A stretch of 64,000 bases of DNA from the human T2T-CHM13v2.0 reference genome, Homo sapiens. A model generated the notes under the pieces. It had not been told where the DNA came from. It worked only from the letters and a program-made list of their open reading frames with translations, and did no database searches. The position numbers and the translations under genes were made by a program. Position 1 is the stretch's first letter; each line of letters starts with the position of its first letter. Where the stretch lies: NCBI GenBank assembly GCA_009914755.4, contig CP086569.2:18464001-18528000 (forward strand). The letters are read 5' to 3'. Positions 23,956 to 41,499 of the stretch are shown here, in pieces.

Positions 23956-24320
23956 TTTTTTTCTTTTCTTTTTTTTTGAAATAGTGTCTCCATCTATTTC
24001 CTAGGCTGGAACACAGGGACATAATCCTAGTTCACTGCAGCATCAAACTCCTAGAGCTCAAGCAATCCTCCAGTCTCAGCCTCCCAAGGGCTAGGATTAT
24101 AGGTGCACGCCACTACACCTAGGTATTTTTTGTTTTTTGTTTTTTTTCTTTTTCTACACAAAAATGTCTCAACATGGATTTTTTTTTTTTCTTTTTTGGC
24201 AGAGATGCTGTCTCACTATGTTGCCCAGGGTGGTCTCAAACTCCCCGCCTCAAACCATCCTTCCACCTAAGCCTCTATAAGTGCTAGGATTACAGGCATG
24301 AGCCACTGAACCCAGCCCCA
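23955..24320 (-). mobile_element. Two minus-strand Alu fragments (a monomer-like copy at 23955-24130 and a fragment at 24180-24320)
   Basis: ..gtgtctccatctatttcctaggctggaacacagggacataatcctagttcactgcagc.. and ..gatgctgtctcactatgttgcccagggtggtctcaaactcc..ggattacaggcatgagccactgaacccagcc. Confidence 0.65.
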
Positions 24321-24357
24321 ATAATTTTTATTTTATTTTATTTTATTTTATTTTATT

Positions 24358-24661
<304 letters not shown>

Positions 24662-25519
24662 TAAAGGCACCTAGTGTCACAAGAACAGATAGCTAAACTG
24701 TATCTGAAAAAGTGGCTCAAGTGGGGAAATTTTTGGCAGATTTGGGGAAACTTAGGGCAAATTTTAAACATGAGGCCTTTTGTCAGATCACCTACATTCT
24801 TTGGATTCAATGTGGGTTTGTCACAGATGCTTGGTGTGACAAATTGCATGGCTTCTACCACTTCATTTGATCAGCCTCCTATTGACTTTCAGCTAAGTGC
24901 TGCAGAATTGCTTCTCAGATTGTATCTTTCCGCAAGACAAAGCTATTTCACAGTCTCTAACTGTCCCATTTTGTGGCTGTTAATTTATACTTACATGTTT
25001 TTCAACTACTTATTCTGGTTTTCTGTTTATGAAAGCTTTAACCTGTGCTATTTTGAGGGAAATACTGATGCATATCTAAACTTTAAGAGTGTTTTTCACC
25101 CTGGCTGCAGACACTTGGTGAATAATTTTTCAGGTGATAGAAAAACCCATCATCATGAGAATGTAGCAACTTTTATTTTGCAGTAACTGTTAAAACTGTA
25201 GCTGTGGTGCTCAGTAAAATGGGACCTTTCCCTTGTAGGTGTTTGGGGAGGAGTGAAGTCCTGTCCTCCATTTTGTTAGTAACCTGCTTATGGGTGGGCC
25301 ATTATCACCCAGAAAGGAAAGGGATACCATGGTATGCAGTTACACGGAGCTGCAGCAAGAGCAAAAAAAAGAAATTCCCTCATGTCTCCAATGCAGAGCT
25401 GGCATTTATACCTCTAACCCAGGCAGGGCCCACAAATCTCTGGCAGCTGTGAGCACCTGTTTTGTTTCTGCCTTCTTCCAGTTGGCAATTTTGGCTTTTG
25501 GGTTTTGGGTTTTTTTGTT

Positions 25520-25828
25520 TTTTTCTTTTTTGAGACAGAGTCTCACTCTGTTGCCCAGTCTGGAGTGTAGTGTAGTGATCTGGGCTCACTTCAAGCTCTG
25601 TCTCCCGGGTTCACGCCATTATCCTGCCTCAGCCTCCTAAGTAGCTGGGACTATAGGCACTCACCACCACGCCCAGCTAATTTTTTTTTTTTTTTTTTTT
25701 TTTGTATTTTTAGTAGAGACGGGATTTCACCATGTTAGCCAGGATGATCTCAATCTTCTGACCTCATGATCCACCTGCCTCAGCCTCCCAAAGTGTTGGG
25801 ATTACAGGCGTGAGCCACTGCACCCAGC
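25520..25828 (-). mobile_element. Alu on the minus strand
   Basis: gagacagagtctcactctgttgcccagtctggagtgtag...gttgggattacaggcgtgagccactgcacccagcc. Confidence 0.85.
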
Positions 25829-25829
25829 C

Positions 25830-26128
25830 TTTTTTTTTTTTTTTTTTAGACAGACTTTCACTTCGTCACCGGGCTGGAGTGCAGTGGTGTGATCTTGGCT
25901 CACTGCAGCCTCTGCCTCCTGGGTCCAAGTAATCCTCTTGTTTCAGCCTCCCAATTAGCTGGGATTAAGTTGCGCACCACCACAGACAGCTGATTTTTGT
26001 ATTTTTAGTAGAGATGGGGTTTTGCCGTGCTGCCCAGGCTAATCTCGACTTCGTGATCTCAAGTGATCCGCCCACCTCAGCCCACCTCAAAGTGCTGTGA
26101 CTACAGGTGTCAGTCACCTTGCCTGGTC
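25830..26128 (-). mobile_element. Alu on the minus strand (diverged)
   Basis: A T-run followed by agacagactttcacttcgtcaccgggctggagtgcagtggtgtgatcttggctcactgcagcc... Confidence 0.8.
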
Positions 26129-26477
26129 TGTTGACAATATGGGGGGCATGTAAAATATCTGCAGCCCTTTAGCCAGTAAAACACAGAAGACTGTAGTATG
26201 TGGCTTCTCCATTCTCCCTCTTTCTCTGCTCTCCTAAATATTAAAGGGTTCTCCTTTTGCCAAGCCCAGTGGCAAAGCCTCAGGAAGGGTGGAGGTATCA
26301 GAAGCATCCAAAGGGATCCCATCAAGTAGCTCTAAGTCACTCTCATTCACCCCATTGGAAGTTCCTGCCATCCTGTATGCCCTGGAAGCTTCCTAATGCA
26401 GGCAGATAATATCCTTGGTGTGCTGTTAGTGTGGAGACTCCCTCATCTTTGCTCTTCTGCTTGAGAAAAAAAACTGA

Positions 26478-26834
<357 letters not shown>

Positions 26835-27437
26835 TCATCACCTAACTTCTAAAGCTACTTCTCTGGATGAAATTCTGGGCACTTAGGAGTCAGCAGTGGT
26901 ATATTGAGTGTATGGCTCTTGCTCACAGGTGCTTCTTTTCTGTCCCATGGCAGGCAGCACAAAATGAAGGCTCCTGCAAAGCTAAGAGCTCCTTTTGCCC
27001 ACGGATCAGGAGCAAAGTTTGCAGCTACACTGTCGGCTGTGTTTGGATGTTAGCAGTTAGTTTAGCTTTGCGTCTTCAGAACGATTGTTCTTAGCTACTT
27101 TAAAAAAAAAAAAAAGAAGAAAATGAAAGAAAAGAAAACTTAAAATGTTCTTCATTGATCATTCAGGAGCATACTGTTTAATTTCCATGTAATTGTACAA
27201 TTTCAAAAGTTCGCCTTGTTGTTGACTTCTAGTTTTATTCCACTGTGGTCAGGAAAGATACTCAATATAATTTCAATAATTTTAAATTTGTTGAGACTTG
27301 TTTTGTGGCCTAACATATGGTAGAATAGACCAGAATAGGGAGAATATCTCTTGTGCTGATGAAGGAATGTGTTTTCTGCATCTGTTGGATGAAATGTTTT
27401 GTAAATATCTCTTTGTTAGCCTAAAATGTAGTTGCTT

Positions 27438-27655
27438 TTTTTGTTTTTCTTTGAGACAGAGTCTCTGCTGCCCAGGCTGGAGAGCAGTAGCATGATCTTG
27501 ACTCAGTGCAACCTCCAGCTCCCACGTTCAAGCAATTCTCATGCCTCAGCCTCCCAAGTAGCTGGAATTACAGATGCCCGCCACCACACCCAGCTAATTT
27601 TTGTACTTTTAGTAGAGACAGTGTTTTACCATGTTGGCCACGCTGGTCTCAAAAT
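27438..27655 (-). mobile_element. Partial Alu on the minus strand
   Basis: gagacagagtctctgctgcccaggctggagagcagtagcatgatcttgactcagtgcaacctccagctcccacgttcaagcaattctcatgcctcagcctcccaagtagctggaattacag... Confidence 0.8.
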
Positions 27656-30074
27656 ACACAAAAAATATATATATTTTTTCCTTTCTTCCCCTCTTAATTG
27701 TTCATCCTTGTAATTTGGTGGATTTGTGTAGTGATAAAGTTTGATTCTTGTCTCTTTCTCCTTTGTGTATGTGTTCTACCGTTGAGTTTTATACTTTTTT
27801 TGTGTGTTTTCTTGATAGTAATTATCATTTCACTTGCAGATGTGGGACTCCCTTGAGAATTTCTTGTAAAGCTGGTCTAGTGGTGATGAATTCTGTCAGT
27901 TTTTGCTTGTCTGAGACATTTCAGGCCTTTAGCTTCAGGAACTGATTCTAGTTCCCTGTCCTGTGGCGACAAATAGAAACAGATCCCTGGTACCATTCTT
28001 AGGTACAAAGCCAGCTAGATATGAGCAGATAAGAAAATCAAATCCTTCTATTTTGCCAGGGATTAATTCATTCCCAGGATTGTAAATATTACATTTCACT
28101 TTTCATCTCACAGAACCGTGAGACTGGAAGTTGAGCTGGGCAGCCTGCCCAGCAAGACATTATGATGTATGCAACACAATGAACTACTAAAGAAGTGTCT
28201 TTAAAGGTATTTACAGCACATAGCTTTTTTTTCTTTTAATTTTGCTGCTCTTTATTTGCAGTAGCAGGTAAGGAATTAAGAAAGCAAAAATAAGTGCTTT
28301 GACTAGGTCTTTTGCCTTTGAAAGTAGCATTCGTAAAATCCCCTCTTCTTTTTTATTCGTATAAACTTCACCCAATTCAATCTGCCCCTCCCCCCAGCCC
28401 ATCTGTGTTCACATGCTGTTCTTGCTGCTCTCAGTTTTTAAAAGCTTATTCCAAAATTACATGAAAGTAACCACATTTTGACAAAATCAGAATTCTGGTA
28501 GGAATGGCTTACCACAAGGCTGTTGAAAGACGCCCAGCAAAACTTTAGTACTTTTTATTTCAACCTCTCTCGGTTAAACCTACAATTTGGTAGTTGATAT
28601 TATTACCTCCCTTTGGCAGGCCTGTGTCTCTGCCTTGGAGAAATAACAAAGTCCAAAGTAGTCTTCTCATTCAAAGATGTGGCAAATGAAGGCTGTTTTG
28701 ATCTTTATGTATTAGCATTTGGGTTTTAATCTTTCTGGGGCTCCTGACAGACTATTCCTTTAAATTTATTATATAATTCTAAAATATTGGACACATTTGT
28801 TTCAAGCATCTGTCAATATCCTTACTATTTTCATTCCACTTCCCACTGCCCTCAATAGTCATTAGGTCCTACTGATTTTTATCTCCTAAGTATTTGTCAA
28901 ATCTGTCTTCTCTGTATGTATTGTTCCTTATATAACTGCATCTCCATTGTCACTGTGCTGCTTTGGACTATCTTTTCTTGTCTAGATCAGTGCCTGAATT
29001 ATATTATGAGCTTCGTAAAGTTGTATCAATGAATGAATGATTCATAATCTGGGCACTGCATTCTAACACTTAACTGAAAAAAAATCTTAGATCTATCTTC
29101 CATGTAAAAGCATATCTAAAATGCAAATCTTAATTTGATAATCTCCAGCTTAATAAAACTCTTAGATGGCTCCCAGACGTCCCCCAAACCATCTCTCATT
29201 TCACTGATCAAAAAAAATTTAAAATTTTAAAACTAAAAAAAAATTGAACACTTTATTGGTCAAAAAACAAAAACAAAAATGATCTCGGAGCGTACCTCAC
29301 TCACACCCCACCCTGCTCTGTTCCCCTCTCCCACCCCCAGCCTACAGGGACCATCCAATAACCCCTTCTTTGCTACATAACCCTTACCCTCCTTCTTCAA
29401 TACTCATACTTTCTCCTTAGAAACCTCCCCCCCACTTCCGGGCAACAGTAGATTCTTTCTTGCTTATGTTTTTTGTAATGACATCAGCCATTTAGAACTC
29501 ATGATGTGCCTAGGCCCCACTATCTGCCTCTCCACAGATCTTGCTCAGACAATTCTTCAGGATTTAGTCACAGATCCAAAGTAAGGAGCTAGAAGGGAGC
29601 TTCAGGCTTGGTTTTTTTGGGTTGAAGCTAGAAAGCTAATCTATGTTGAATGCAAAACAAACCAAGTAATAGCCAACCTATACATCCTAGGAATATCGAT
29701 TGCTTTTTATTTTTGCTCCCAGCCATTCTCTCCACAGGACTCTCTCCTTCTTTACATTTCTTTTAAACACAGTATATTAACACAACACTGTGTGAGAAAT
29801 GGGATTCAGAAAACCAAGATACAGGTCTCCTTCCGCTATGCTATGAGTCAGCCATGAAAACTCTCTGGGCCTCACTGACTGAATTGTAATATCTGACTTT
29901 AATGAGGATTATATTCATTGAACTCTGAGGTCCTGTCCATTTCTTACACCCTGATGCAAAGACCGCAGAGAACTTCTAACCCAGATGTTTTTAACTAGGC
30001 TTCTTGTATGTCTGGGAAGATGATGAAAGAACTTCAAGGGGATCACGAGCTCCTTAAATTCTATCTAAAATCCA

Positions 30075-30430
<356 letters not shown>

Positions 30431-30626
30431 TCAGATGGCTGCATCACCTTGGCCCACGGAGGGGGTTTTCTTTTCTTTTTTTCTCTTCCAAGGTAATGAT
30501 AGTCTATAGCTCACTGCTGCCTTGGCCGCCTGGGCTCAAGCAGTCATCCCACCTCAGCCTCCTGAGTAGCTAGGATAAAAAGCACACTCCACCCTGCCCA
30601 GTGAATTAAAAAAAAAAAAAATGAAG

Positions 30627-30925
30627 CTGGGCACAGTGGTTCATGCCGTGAATCCCAGAATTTTGAGTGGCCAAGTCAAGAAGACTGATTGGGTCCAGGA
30701 GTTCAAGAAGCTGAGAAATATACAGACCCCATTTCTACTAGTAAAAAAATAAAAAATAAAAACATTAGTTGGGCCCAGTGGCATTCACCTGTAGTGCCAG
30801 CCACTTATGAGTCTGAGGCAGAGGATTACTTGAACTGAGCAGTTCAAGGCTGCATTGAGCTATGATTGTGGCTTTGGACTGAGCCTTGGTGACACCACAA
30901 GACTCTGTCAAAAAAAAAAAAAAAA
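30627..30925 (+). mobile_element. Old Alu (AluJ-like)
   Basis: gctgggcacagtggttcatgccgtgaatcccagaattttgagtggccaagtcaagaagactgattgggtccaggagttcaag...ctctgtc(a)n. Confidence 0.75.
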
Positions 30926-31111
30926 AAAGAGGCTACAGGTAAGAAAGTACTTGGATAACACTAAAAAGTTAAACTCGTGACATTGGACCTTATGAAATGT
31001 GTGTTACCCAGAGCTGTTTATAGTATGATAGGTCCCTCCTAGATAGTATTCAAGGTTTAATACAGAAACAGAGCAAGACTCTGTTTCAGAAATAAAATAA
31101 AGTAAAATAGC

Positions 31112-31262
31112 TGGCCATCGTGGCTTGCACCTGCAGTACCAGCTGCTCAGGAGGTTGAGGCAGGAGGATGTCTTGAGCCCAGAGAGTTAGGGGCTACAGT
31201 GAGCTATGATCATGCCACTGTACTCCAGCCTACATGACAGAGGAAGACGCTGTCTCTAAAAA
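31112..31262 (+). mobile_element. Alu monomer-like fragment (right monomer)
   Basis: gctggccatcgtggcttgcacctgcagtaccagctgctcaggaggttgaggcaggaggatgtcttgagcccagagagtt...cactgtactccagcc. Confidence 0.6.
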
Positions 31263-32270
31263 AAATGATAACAAAAGTAACTAAAAAAGAACTCTGGGCC
31301 CCACCTGAGAGATTCATATTCATTTGCTTTATCACAGGGTCATGGAACCTGTCCCAGTATCCTAAAAGCCGCCTCAGTGAGTTAACAAAAGTACTGGTAT
31401 TGAAAGAGATGTCAACATGCTGTGACAAAGAGAAGTCTCCTCTGTGAGGCTGGGAAGTGGGGCCAAATGAGGTTTTTTTTTTTTTTTGAGGAGCTGATTT
31501 AGGACAACTAAAATGGTTGTCAGAGAGCACAAGAATCTAAGGAAGGCTTGAGACCATGAAACTGTGGTGGCCTCAGCTGGTGCTTCTGTGCGCTTTCTCC
31601 TCTCTCAGCATGGTGGAATCAGAAGCAGAGAAGGCAGATGGCGGGATGACTCAAAGTTCGGGTTTTATCAGAGAGGAGGAGTAGGAGGAGAGTGTGTAAG
31701 GCAGATCAAGGAGTGTTATTAAGGGGCTCAGGTCCTAGACCGTGGGCCTAGCAGGTAGGCCATGAGGGTCATGAGGGATGGGGAAGATGCATCGCAAAGG
31801 GCCCTGAGAACCAGGGGAATATGCAACACCAGGGGCCTGGCAGTTCCAGGAGAGTAGAAGGTCTAGCAAGAATGCCCATGCACCTGTGAAGGAGAGAAGC
31901 AAGGCTAGGAGGCTGCAGAGAGTGAATAATTTAGAGGTGAACTTTCTACTGGACAGCAAATCCCTCAATGCCATCCCAATGGAGAACTAAGATAAAAAAT
32001 ACTCTGCCGTGAAAATGCCTTACATGGTCATAATTATGAGTCGTAAAATTCCTTTTTCAGCTGAAAATGACCTGCAGCTTCATTTACCATTTTATGCTTT
32101 GGATGTCATGTTACATCTAGAAGCAATACCCTCTCCCATTGCAAGTCAAAGTAAAACTAGGAAATGTTCAGTGGAAAGGAAAAAAAAAAAAACACAGAAG
32201 ACAAAAAAACAGCAATAAAATAAAGCTGCAAACCCAAAGCACTAGGAAAGGAAAGGGAAAAAAACCTTCA

Positions 32271-35068
<2,798 letters not shown>

Positions 35069-35082
35069 GAAAATGTATAGAA
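35069..35082. repeat. Right target-site duplication of the L1 insertion
   Basis: gaaaatgtatagaa lies immediately after the L1 A-rich tail. See feature 32303-32316. Confidence 0.7.
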
Positions 35083-35964
35083 TTGTTACCATACCAAAAA
35101 ATTCCCAAAGTGCTTTACTTGCCAGCCACTGGAAGGAAGTAGAAATTCCCACTCAGGTTGTTACTTTTAATTGTCATTCCCTTTATGTTGTTTCCTAAAA
35201 TACCAACAGGCATTCTAGAGATGATTTACCAAGATGGCTTAATGAGGTGTCAGATGAGTACCTGTACCCATGAGCCCCTTTACCTGAGGCCTCCTTATGC
35301 AAATTTGATGGACTCTTCTGAGCCCCACTAGATTAAAAAAACAGACATAATTGGAGCAGCTGGGCTGGAAGCACAGCTGGGCCATCCCCTTAAAGACCAG
35401 ACTCTAGAACCACGTGCTCTTGCTTGCCCCAGGTTTCTCCCCACTGTTGATATTCATAGCTGCAGCCCACCTGGACCTGAGTCTTTTTCAGATGGTCTCC
35501 ACATCAGTGCTTGTTAGCATTCATGTGCACACAGATCACCTGTGCAACTTGTGAAAATACAGATTCAGACTCAGTGGCTGGGGTGGAGACTCTGGATCAA
35601 TGTGTCTAACAAGCCCCCGGGTGATGCATATGGTCGTCAGATGGTCCTAGTCCCACACTAGGAGGAGCTATTTAGAGCCTGTAAAATAGCTACTCCCCTA
35701 TCCAGTGTTTGAGTCCCAGAATTCTGGATTCTGCCAGCACTCAGATGCTTCTGGGACATGATGCTTCCTGTTCATCTTGGGTCAACACGTCAGAAAGGAT
35801 TTCCTATATTGAGCTGAGATCCGTCTACCTAGGACTCACATTCACATGGCCTACTTCTGGACCTTGGATTTTATGTAGCAGGCTTAAGGCCTTAGAAAGT
35901 GGCTGGAATGTCCCTCAAGTATTTTTTTCAGGCAAAACGTGCCAGGTCCTCTGGCTGTTATTTT

Positions 35965-36092
35965 TTAATTTTTTTTAGAGACTGGGTCTCATCATGTTTC
36001 CAGGCTGGTCTCAAATTCCTGGGCTTAAGTTATCCTCCTGCCTCACGCTCCCAAATTGCTGAGATTACAGGCATAAGCCACCATACCTGGTC
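35965..36092 (-). mobile_element. Alu fragment on the minus strand
   Basis: gagactgggtctcatcatgtttccaggctggtctcaaattcctgggcttaagttatcctcctgcctcacgctcccaaattgctgagattacaggcataagccaccatacctgg. Confidence 0.7.
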
Positions 36093-36182
36093 TTGGCTAA
36101 TCTTCTTATGCTATGGTTTGGTCATTCTGGTCATTTCTTTCTTTTCATTTTTATTAATTAATTTACTTATTTATTTATTTAT

Positions 36183-36461
<279 letters not shown>

Positions 36462-36784
36462 TAGTCATTTCCTTCTGATCCTGCTCTGTGTGTCTTTAGG
36501 CCTCTCCTCTTGTGATATCTATGCTGCAAAAGTAGCTTGGAACTGTCACCACCTCTCACTTACAGACAGTCTTTATGTGACTCAGGTTGTACTTGCTGTC
36601 AGCCATCATCCTTAATGCCATTTTTACACATGCTGTGGATCAGCCACATTTCTTCCTAGTCAGTAAAAATTATAATAATTATACTTAACACTCATGAGAA
36701 TTAGTATAGTAAGATGGTTAAGAACATAGGCTCTGGAATGAGACTGCCTAGTGGGAAGCACTGTGATTAGTACCATGTGTTATA

Positions 36785-37355
36785 TATCACCATCATCATC
36801 ATCATCATCATCATCATCTTCCATCACCATCACTATCACCACCATCATCATCACCATCACCATCACTATCACCACCATCAGCATCATCATCATCACCATC
36901 ACCACCATCAAGATCATCACATCACCATCAACACCATCACCATCACCATCACCATCACTATCACTACCAGTATTACCATCACCATCATTACCATTGCTAT
37001 AACCATCATACCAAAATCACCATCACCACCATCACCAACATCATCACCATAACCAATCATCACCATCATTTCCACCACCATCATTACCATAATGACGATC
37101 ACCATCACCACCATCACCATCACCACCATCATCACTGTCACCACCATCATCATCACCATCACTGTAACCACCACATCATCATACCATCACCATCATCACT
37201 ATCATCACCATCATCACCACCACCATCATCACCATCACCATAATCACCAGCACCATCACCATCACCCATCACCATCACCACCATCATCTTCATCACCACC
37301 TTCATACCATCACCATTATCACCACCACCACCACCACCATCATCATCACCATAAG
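36785..37355. repeat. Compound imperfect trinucleotide array (CAY)n of ~570 bp, with interspersed ACT/ATT variants
   Basis: caccatcatcatcatcatcatcatcatcttccatcaccatcactatcaccaccatcatcatcaccatcaccatcac... The poly-His/Thr/Ile ORFs on both strands (36751..37002, 36777..37052, 37092..37358, 36917..37174 and 37159..37392) are artefacts of this array. Confidence 0.9.
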
Positions 37356-38962
37356 TAAGCACTTTGCCTACATTAACTGATTTAATTCTCATAATAACGT
37401 CATAATGTTTTACAAGTGAGGAAGTGGGACTTCACAAGATTATGTTTTGTGCTGAGGGTAACATTGACAAGAATCTAAACCTTGGCAGGGTCCTTTGGTT
37501 GATTTTGTTTATGTTGTTGAGCAAAGTGCAAGATGGTATCTGTTCCTGCTATTCATAAATTTCATCTTTTAGTCAGCACTTTACCCTTATTTTACACTAT
37601 CTTTTGGATTCCTGGTTCTGTCATCTCAAATGTTCCTGCTTCTAGCTTCATGCTCTCTGTCATATTGTAAGAAAAATATGTATCTTCACCTAGATCATAC
37701 ACAAGGTCAGAGGCCATGTGGCAACTCCTACAGATTCTGCTCACTGAGGCCAGATGGTGCACATCTCCTGAAGCTCCCTGAGCCTGCAGTCATGTAACCC
37801 ACTCAGAGAAGCCTAGGGAGTGTTCAGGCATGATTTGTATTTGAACATTGCATTTGGTTCCTGGGAAACATATTTCCTCCCTGCTTTCAGGCCTCCATTC
37901 CAGAATATTTTCCAAGATGGACAGCTCCCTCCAAATTTATGTTTGCTGAAATCAATCCTCTGGGCAGGGCCAGATGTGAGGTACAAATAGAAAGCAGGGT
38001 CTGCAGAACACACATCCCAGAGGAGATAATGACCAGTTGATCTCTGTGAATAGTTAAATCTAGAAGACTATCTGTGGGCTTCAGGGCTCCCTGCCTCTGA
38101 ATCCAGCAGTGCAAATGCAAGCCTCTATGGTCCCCCTAAACCATAGGTGGCTGAGTAGCCATGGGGTTGCCAGCATTTCTATAAAGGAAGAGCTCAGGGC
38201 AGCAATCTCATCAGAGGGGAGGCTGGGGCTGGCCTTGAATGTAAATTGTATGTATATTTGGGGCAATTTGCAAGGAGGGGGTGCCCTGTAAGAGATTACA
38301 TGAGCTAAATTCCTCACATAAACCCATTTTGTGCCACTGCTGCTGTGCCAACTGACCAGAAAGCCTGGACTGATTTCTCCCCTCTCTCCTTTCCTTGTTG
38401 TGTTCTCTGACCCTGGGTGATTAATGTAACCTAGCTATGTTCAATTACCCATCCTTGTCACAATGTCAGGATGTCTGCCTCCTGTCCCTGGTGCTCTTCT
38501 TGGATTCCTGTGAGCCATGACAATGGGAGCCTCGCGAATTTGGAGGAGAGTAGTGGGCCCTGGGTCTGCCATCAGTCTGGGCTCCCTAATCACACGATTG
38601 TCACTGGAGCCTGCCTGAGCTCTGAAGTTCCAAAACAAGCTTGCAGGGAACATTCTTCCATCCCAATATATTTCCGTCATGAAATCGTCAAGCAAACCCT
38701 GAATGCTTTCTGTTGGTGCGGTCAGGGAGAAGTGCTGTCCCTCTAATACTAGAGCAGTCAGTGGCCATTTGCTGACTGAGACTAACAGCAGATCTAGAAT
38801 GATTTGGAGAAGGCTGTCTTTGATCTCTTAGAACTGCATGTGGCCCTAGCAGTGTGCATGTTTTTGGGACAGTGGTTCCCCCACAAGCCATGAAAACTGA
38901 AGGGACAGGTGGGGGAGCTCCAGCCAGTAATGGGAAGTGTCTCAAACGTTAGCGAAGTTGTT

Positions 38963-39940
38963 GTGGGAAGTCAGGGACCCCAAATGGAGGGACCAGCTGA
39001 AGCCATGGCAGAAGAACACAGATTGTGAAGATTTCATGGACATTTATTAGTTCCCCAAATTAATACTTTTGTAATTTCTTATACCTGTCTTTACTGCAGT
39101 CTCTAAACATAAATTGTAAAGATTTCATGGACACTTATCACTTCCCCAATCAATACCCTTGTGATTTCCTATGCCTGTCATTATTTTAATCGCTTAATCC
39201 TGTCAGCTGAGGAGGATGTATATCACCTCAGGACCCTGTAATAATTGCATTAACTGCACAAATTGTACAGCATGTGTGTTTGAGCAATATGAAATTTGGG
39301 CACCTTGAAAAAAAGAACAGGATAAGAGCAATGTTCGGTGAGCCGGGTGGAACAGAGCCATATTTCTCTTCTTTCAAAGGCAAATGGGAGAAATAACACT
39401 GAATTCTTTTTCTCAGCAAGGAATATCCCTGAGAAAGAGAATGCGAACCTGGGGGTGGGTCTCTGAACTGGCCCCCCAGGCGTGGACATCTCTTATGGTC
39501 GAGACTGCAGGGAAAAAAATAGACCCCAGTCTCCCATAGTGCTCCCAGGCTCATTAGGAAGAGGAAATTCCTGCCTAATAAATTTTGGTCAGACCGGTTG
39601 ATCTCAAAATCCTGTCTCCTGATAAGATGTTATCAATGACAATGGTGCCCGAATCTTCATTAGCTATTTTAATTTTGCCCCGGTCATGTGGTCCTGTGAT
39701 CTCACCCTGCCTCCTACTTGCCTTGTGATATTCTATTACCTTGTAAAGTACTTGATTTCTGTGACCCACACCTATTCGCACACTCCCTCCCCTTTTGAAA
39801 TTCCCTTATAAAAACTTGCTGGTTTTTGTGGCTTGTGGGATATCACAGAACCTACTGACATGTGATGTCTTCCCTGGATGCCCAGCTTTAAAATTTATTT
39901 TGTACTCTGTCCCTTTATTTCTCAAGCTGGATGAAACTTA
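38963..39940 (+). mobile_element. Solo LTR12-type (HERV9) LTR with an internal ~85 bp tandem duplication
   Basis: It begins tgtgggaagtcagggaccccaaatggagggaccagctgaagccatggcagaagaacacagattgtgaagatttcatggacatttattagttccccaaattaatacttttgtaatttc..., matching the LTR12 5' consensus TGTGGGGAAGTCAGGGACCCCGAACGGAGGGACCGGCTG..ATAAATTGTGAAGATTTCATGGACATTTATTAGTTCCCCAAATTAATAC. The cataaattgtaaagatttcatggaca(t/c)ttat.a.ttcccc block occurs twice (39020-39080 and 39105-39165). The 3' boundary is uncertain. Confidence 0.7.
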
Positions 39941-40097
39941 AGGAAAATAGAAAAGAACCTACGTGAATATCAGGGCAGATTCCTCGATATGAAGTGATCT
40001 TGAATCTCTGATATACAGGGGCTGATATGGACACATTATTCTCAAGAAAACAATGGTTTAGGGCATGGTCTCAAGCTCTATCTAGGTTGAAATTTTG

Positions 40098-40422
<325 letters not shown>

Positions 40423-40721
40423 CTAGCACAATTTATTTGAGTTTTGCAGGCCTCAAAGATAATAATTGGACTTACCTTATTGGTTATGACAACTAAAAAA
40501 ATAATACATGAAAAGTGCTTAAAACAGTTCCTGGCATTTAGTAAGAGCTTTGTAAGTATTAACTATTATTAGTACCATAATCATCTTTATTGCCACTATT
40601 TACTGGGTGTTTAATATGTACCAGACATGTTTAAGCACATACAGTACATTCATTATTAGCTTATTGAACGTCACTTTCTTTGACTGTTTGTTAGATTTTG
40701 CGGGGGGCGGGGGTTGTTGTT

Positions 40722-40998
40722 TTTTGAGATGGAGTCTCAATCTGTCACTCAGACAGGTATGCAGTGGTGTGATCTCAGCTCACTGCAGCACAGGTTCAAG
40801 CAGTTTTCCTTGTTCAGCCTCCCAAGTAGCTAGGACTACAGGTGTATGCCACCACACCTGGCTAATTTTTGTATTTTTAGTAGAGACAGGGTTTCACCAT
40901 GTTGAACAGGCTGGTCTTTAACTCCTGACCTTAAATGATCAGCACACTTCAACCTCCCAAAGTGCTGGGATTACAGGCTTGAGACATTGTGCCTGGCT
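40722..40998 (-). mobile_element. Alu on the minus strand
   Basis: ttttttgagatggagtctcaatctgtcactcagacaggtatgcagtggtgtgatctcagctcactgcagc...gctgggattacaggcttgagacattgtgcctggc. Confidence 0.85.
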
Positions 40999-41137
40999 GA
41001 ACTACACTTTGAAGTAGGGGTTAACCCCTTTGCTTCAGTTGAGGAAACTAAAAATGGGAGAGTTTAGTAACCTGCACAAAGTTAAACCTGCAAGTAATTG
41101 GAGTCAAAATCTGAATCAAGGGTTTTTTGTTAATTTT

Positions 41138-41448
<311 letters not shown>

Positions 41449-41499
41449 TAACTCCAGAGTTATGTTGTTATTGCCCTCTGCTATTGTCCATAGTAACAG

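Noticed and set aside
35340-35700. The motif ..caacttgtgaaaatacagattcagactcagtggctggggtggagactctggatcaatgtgtctaacaagcccccgggtgatgc.., which looks like a very common old mammalian interspersed repeat
   Set aside because: I recognise the motif family as a widespread ancient repeat but cannot name it reliably from memory, so I make no feature call. RepeatMasker would resolve it.
36751-37392. Poly-His, poly-Thr-Ile and poly-Asp-Gly ORFs (36777..37052, 36751..37002, 37092..37358, 36917..37174 on the minus strand and 37159..37392 on the minus strand)
   Set aside because: They are produced by the (CAY)n trinucleotide array. Both strands and multiple frames are open only because the repeat lacks stop-forming triplets.
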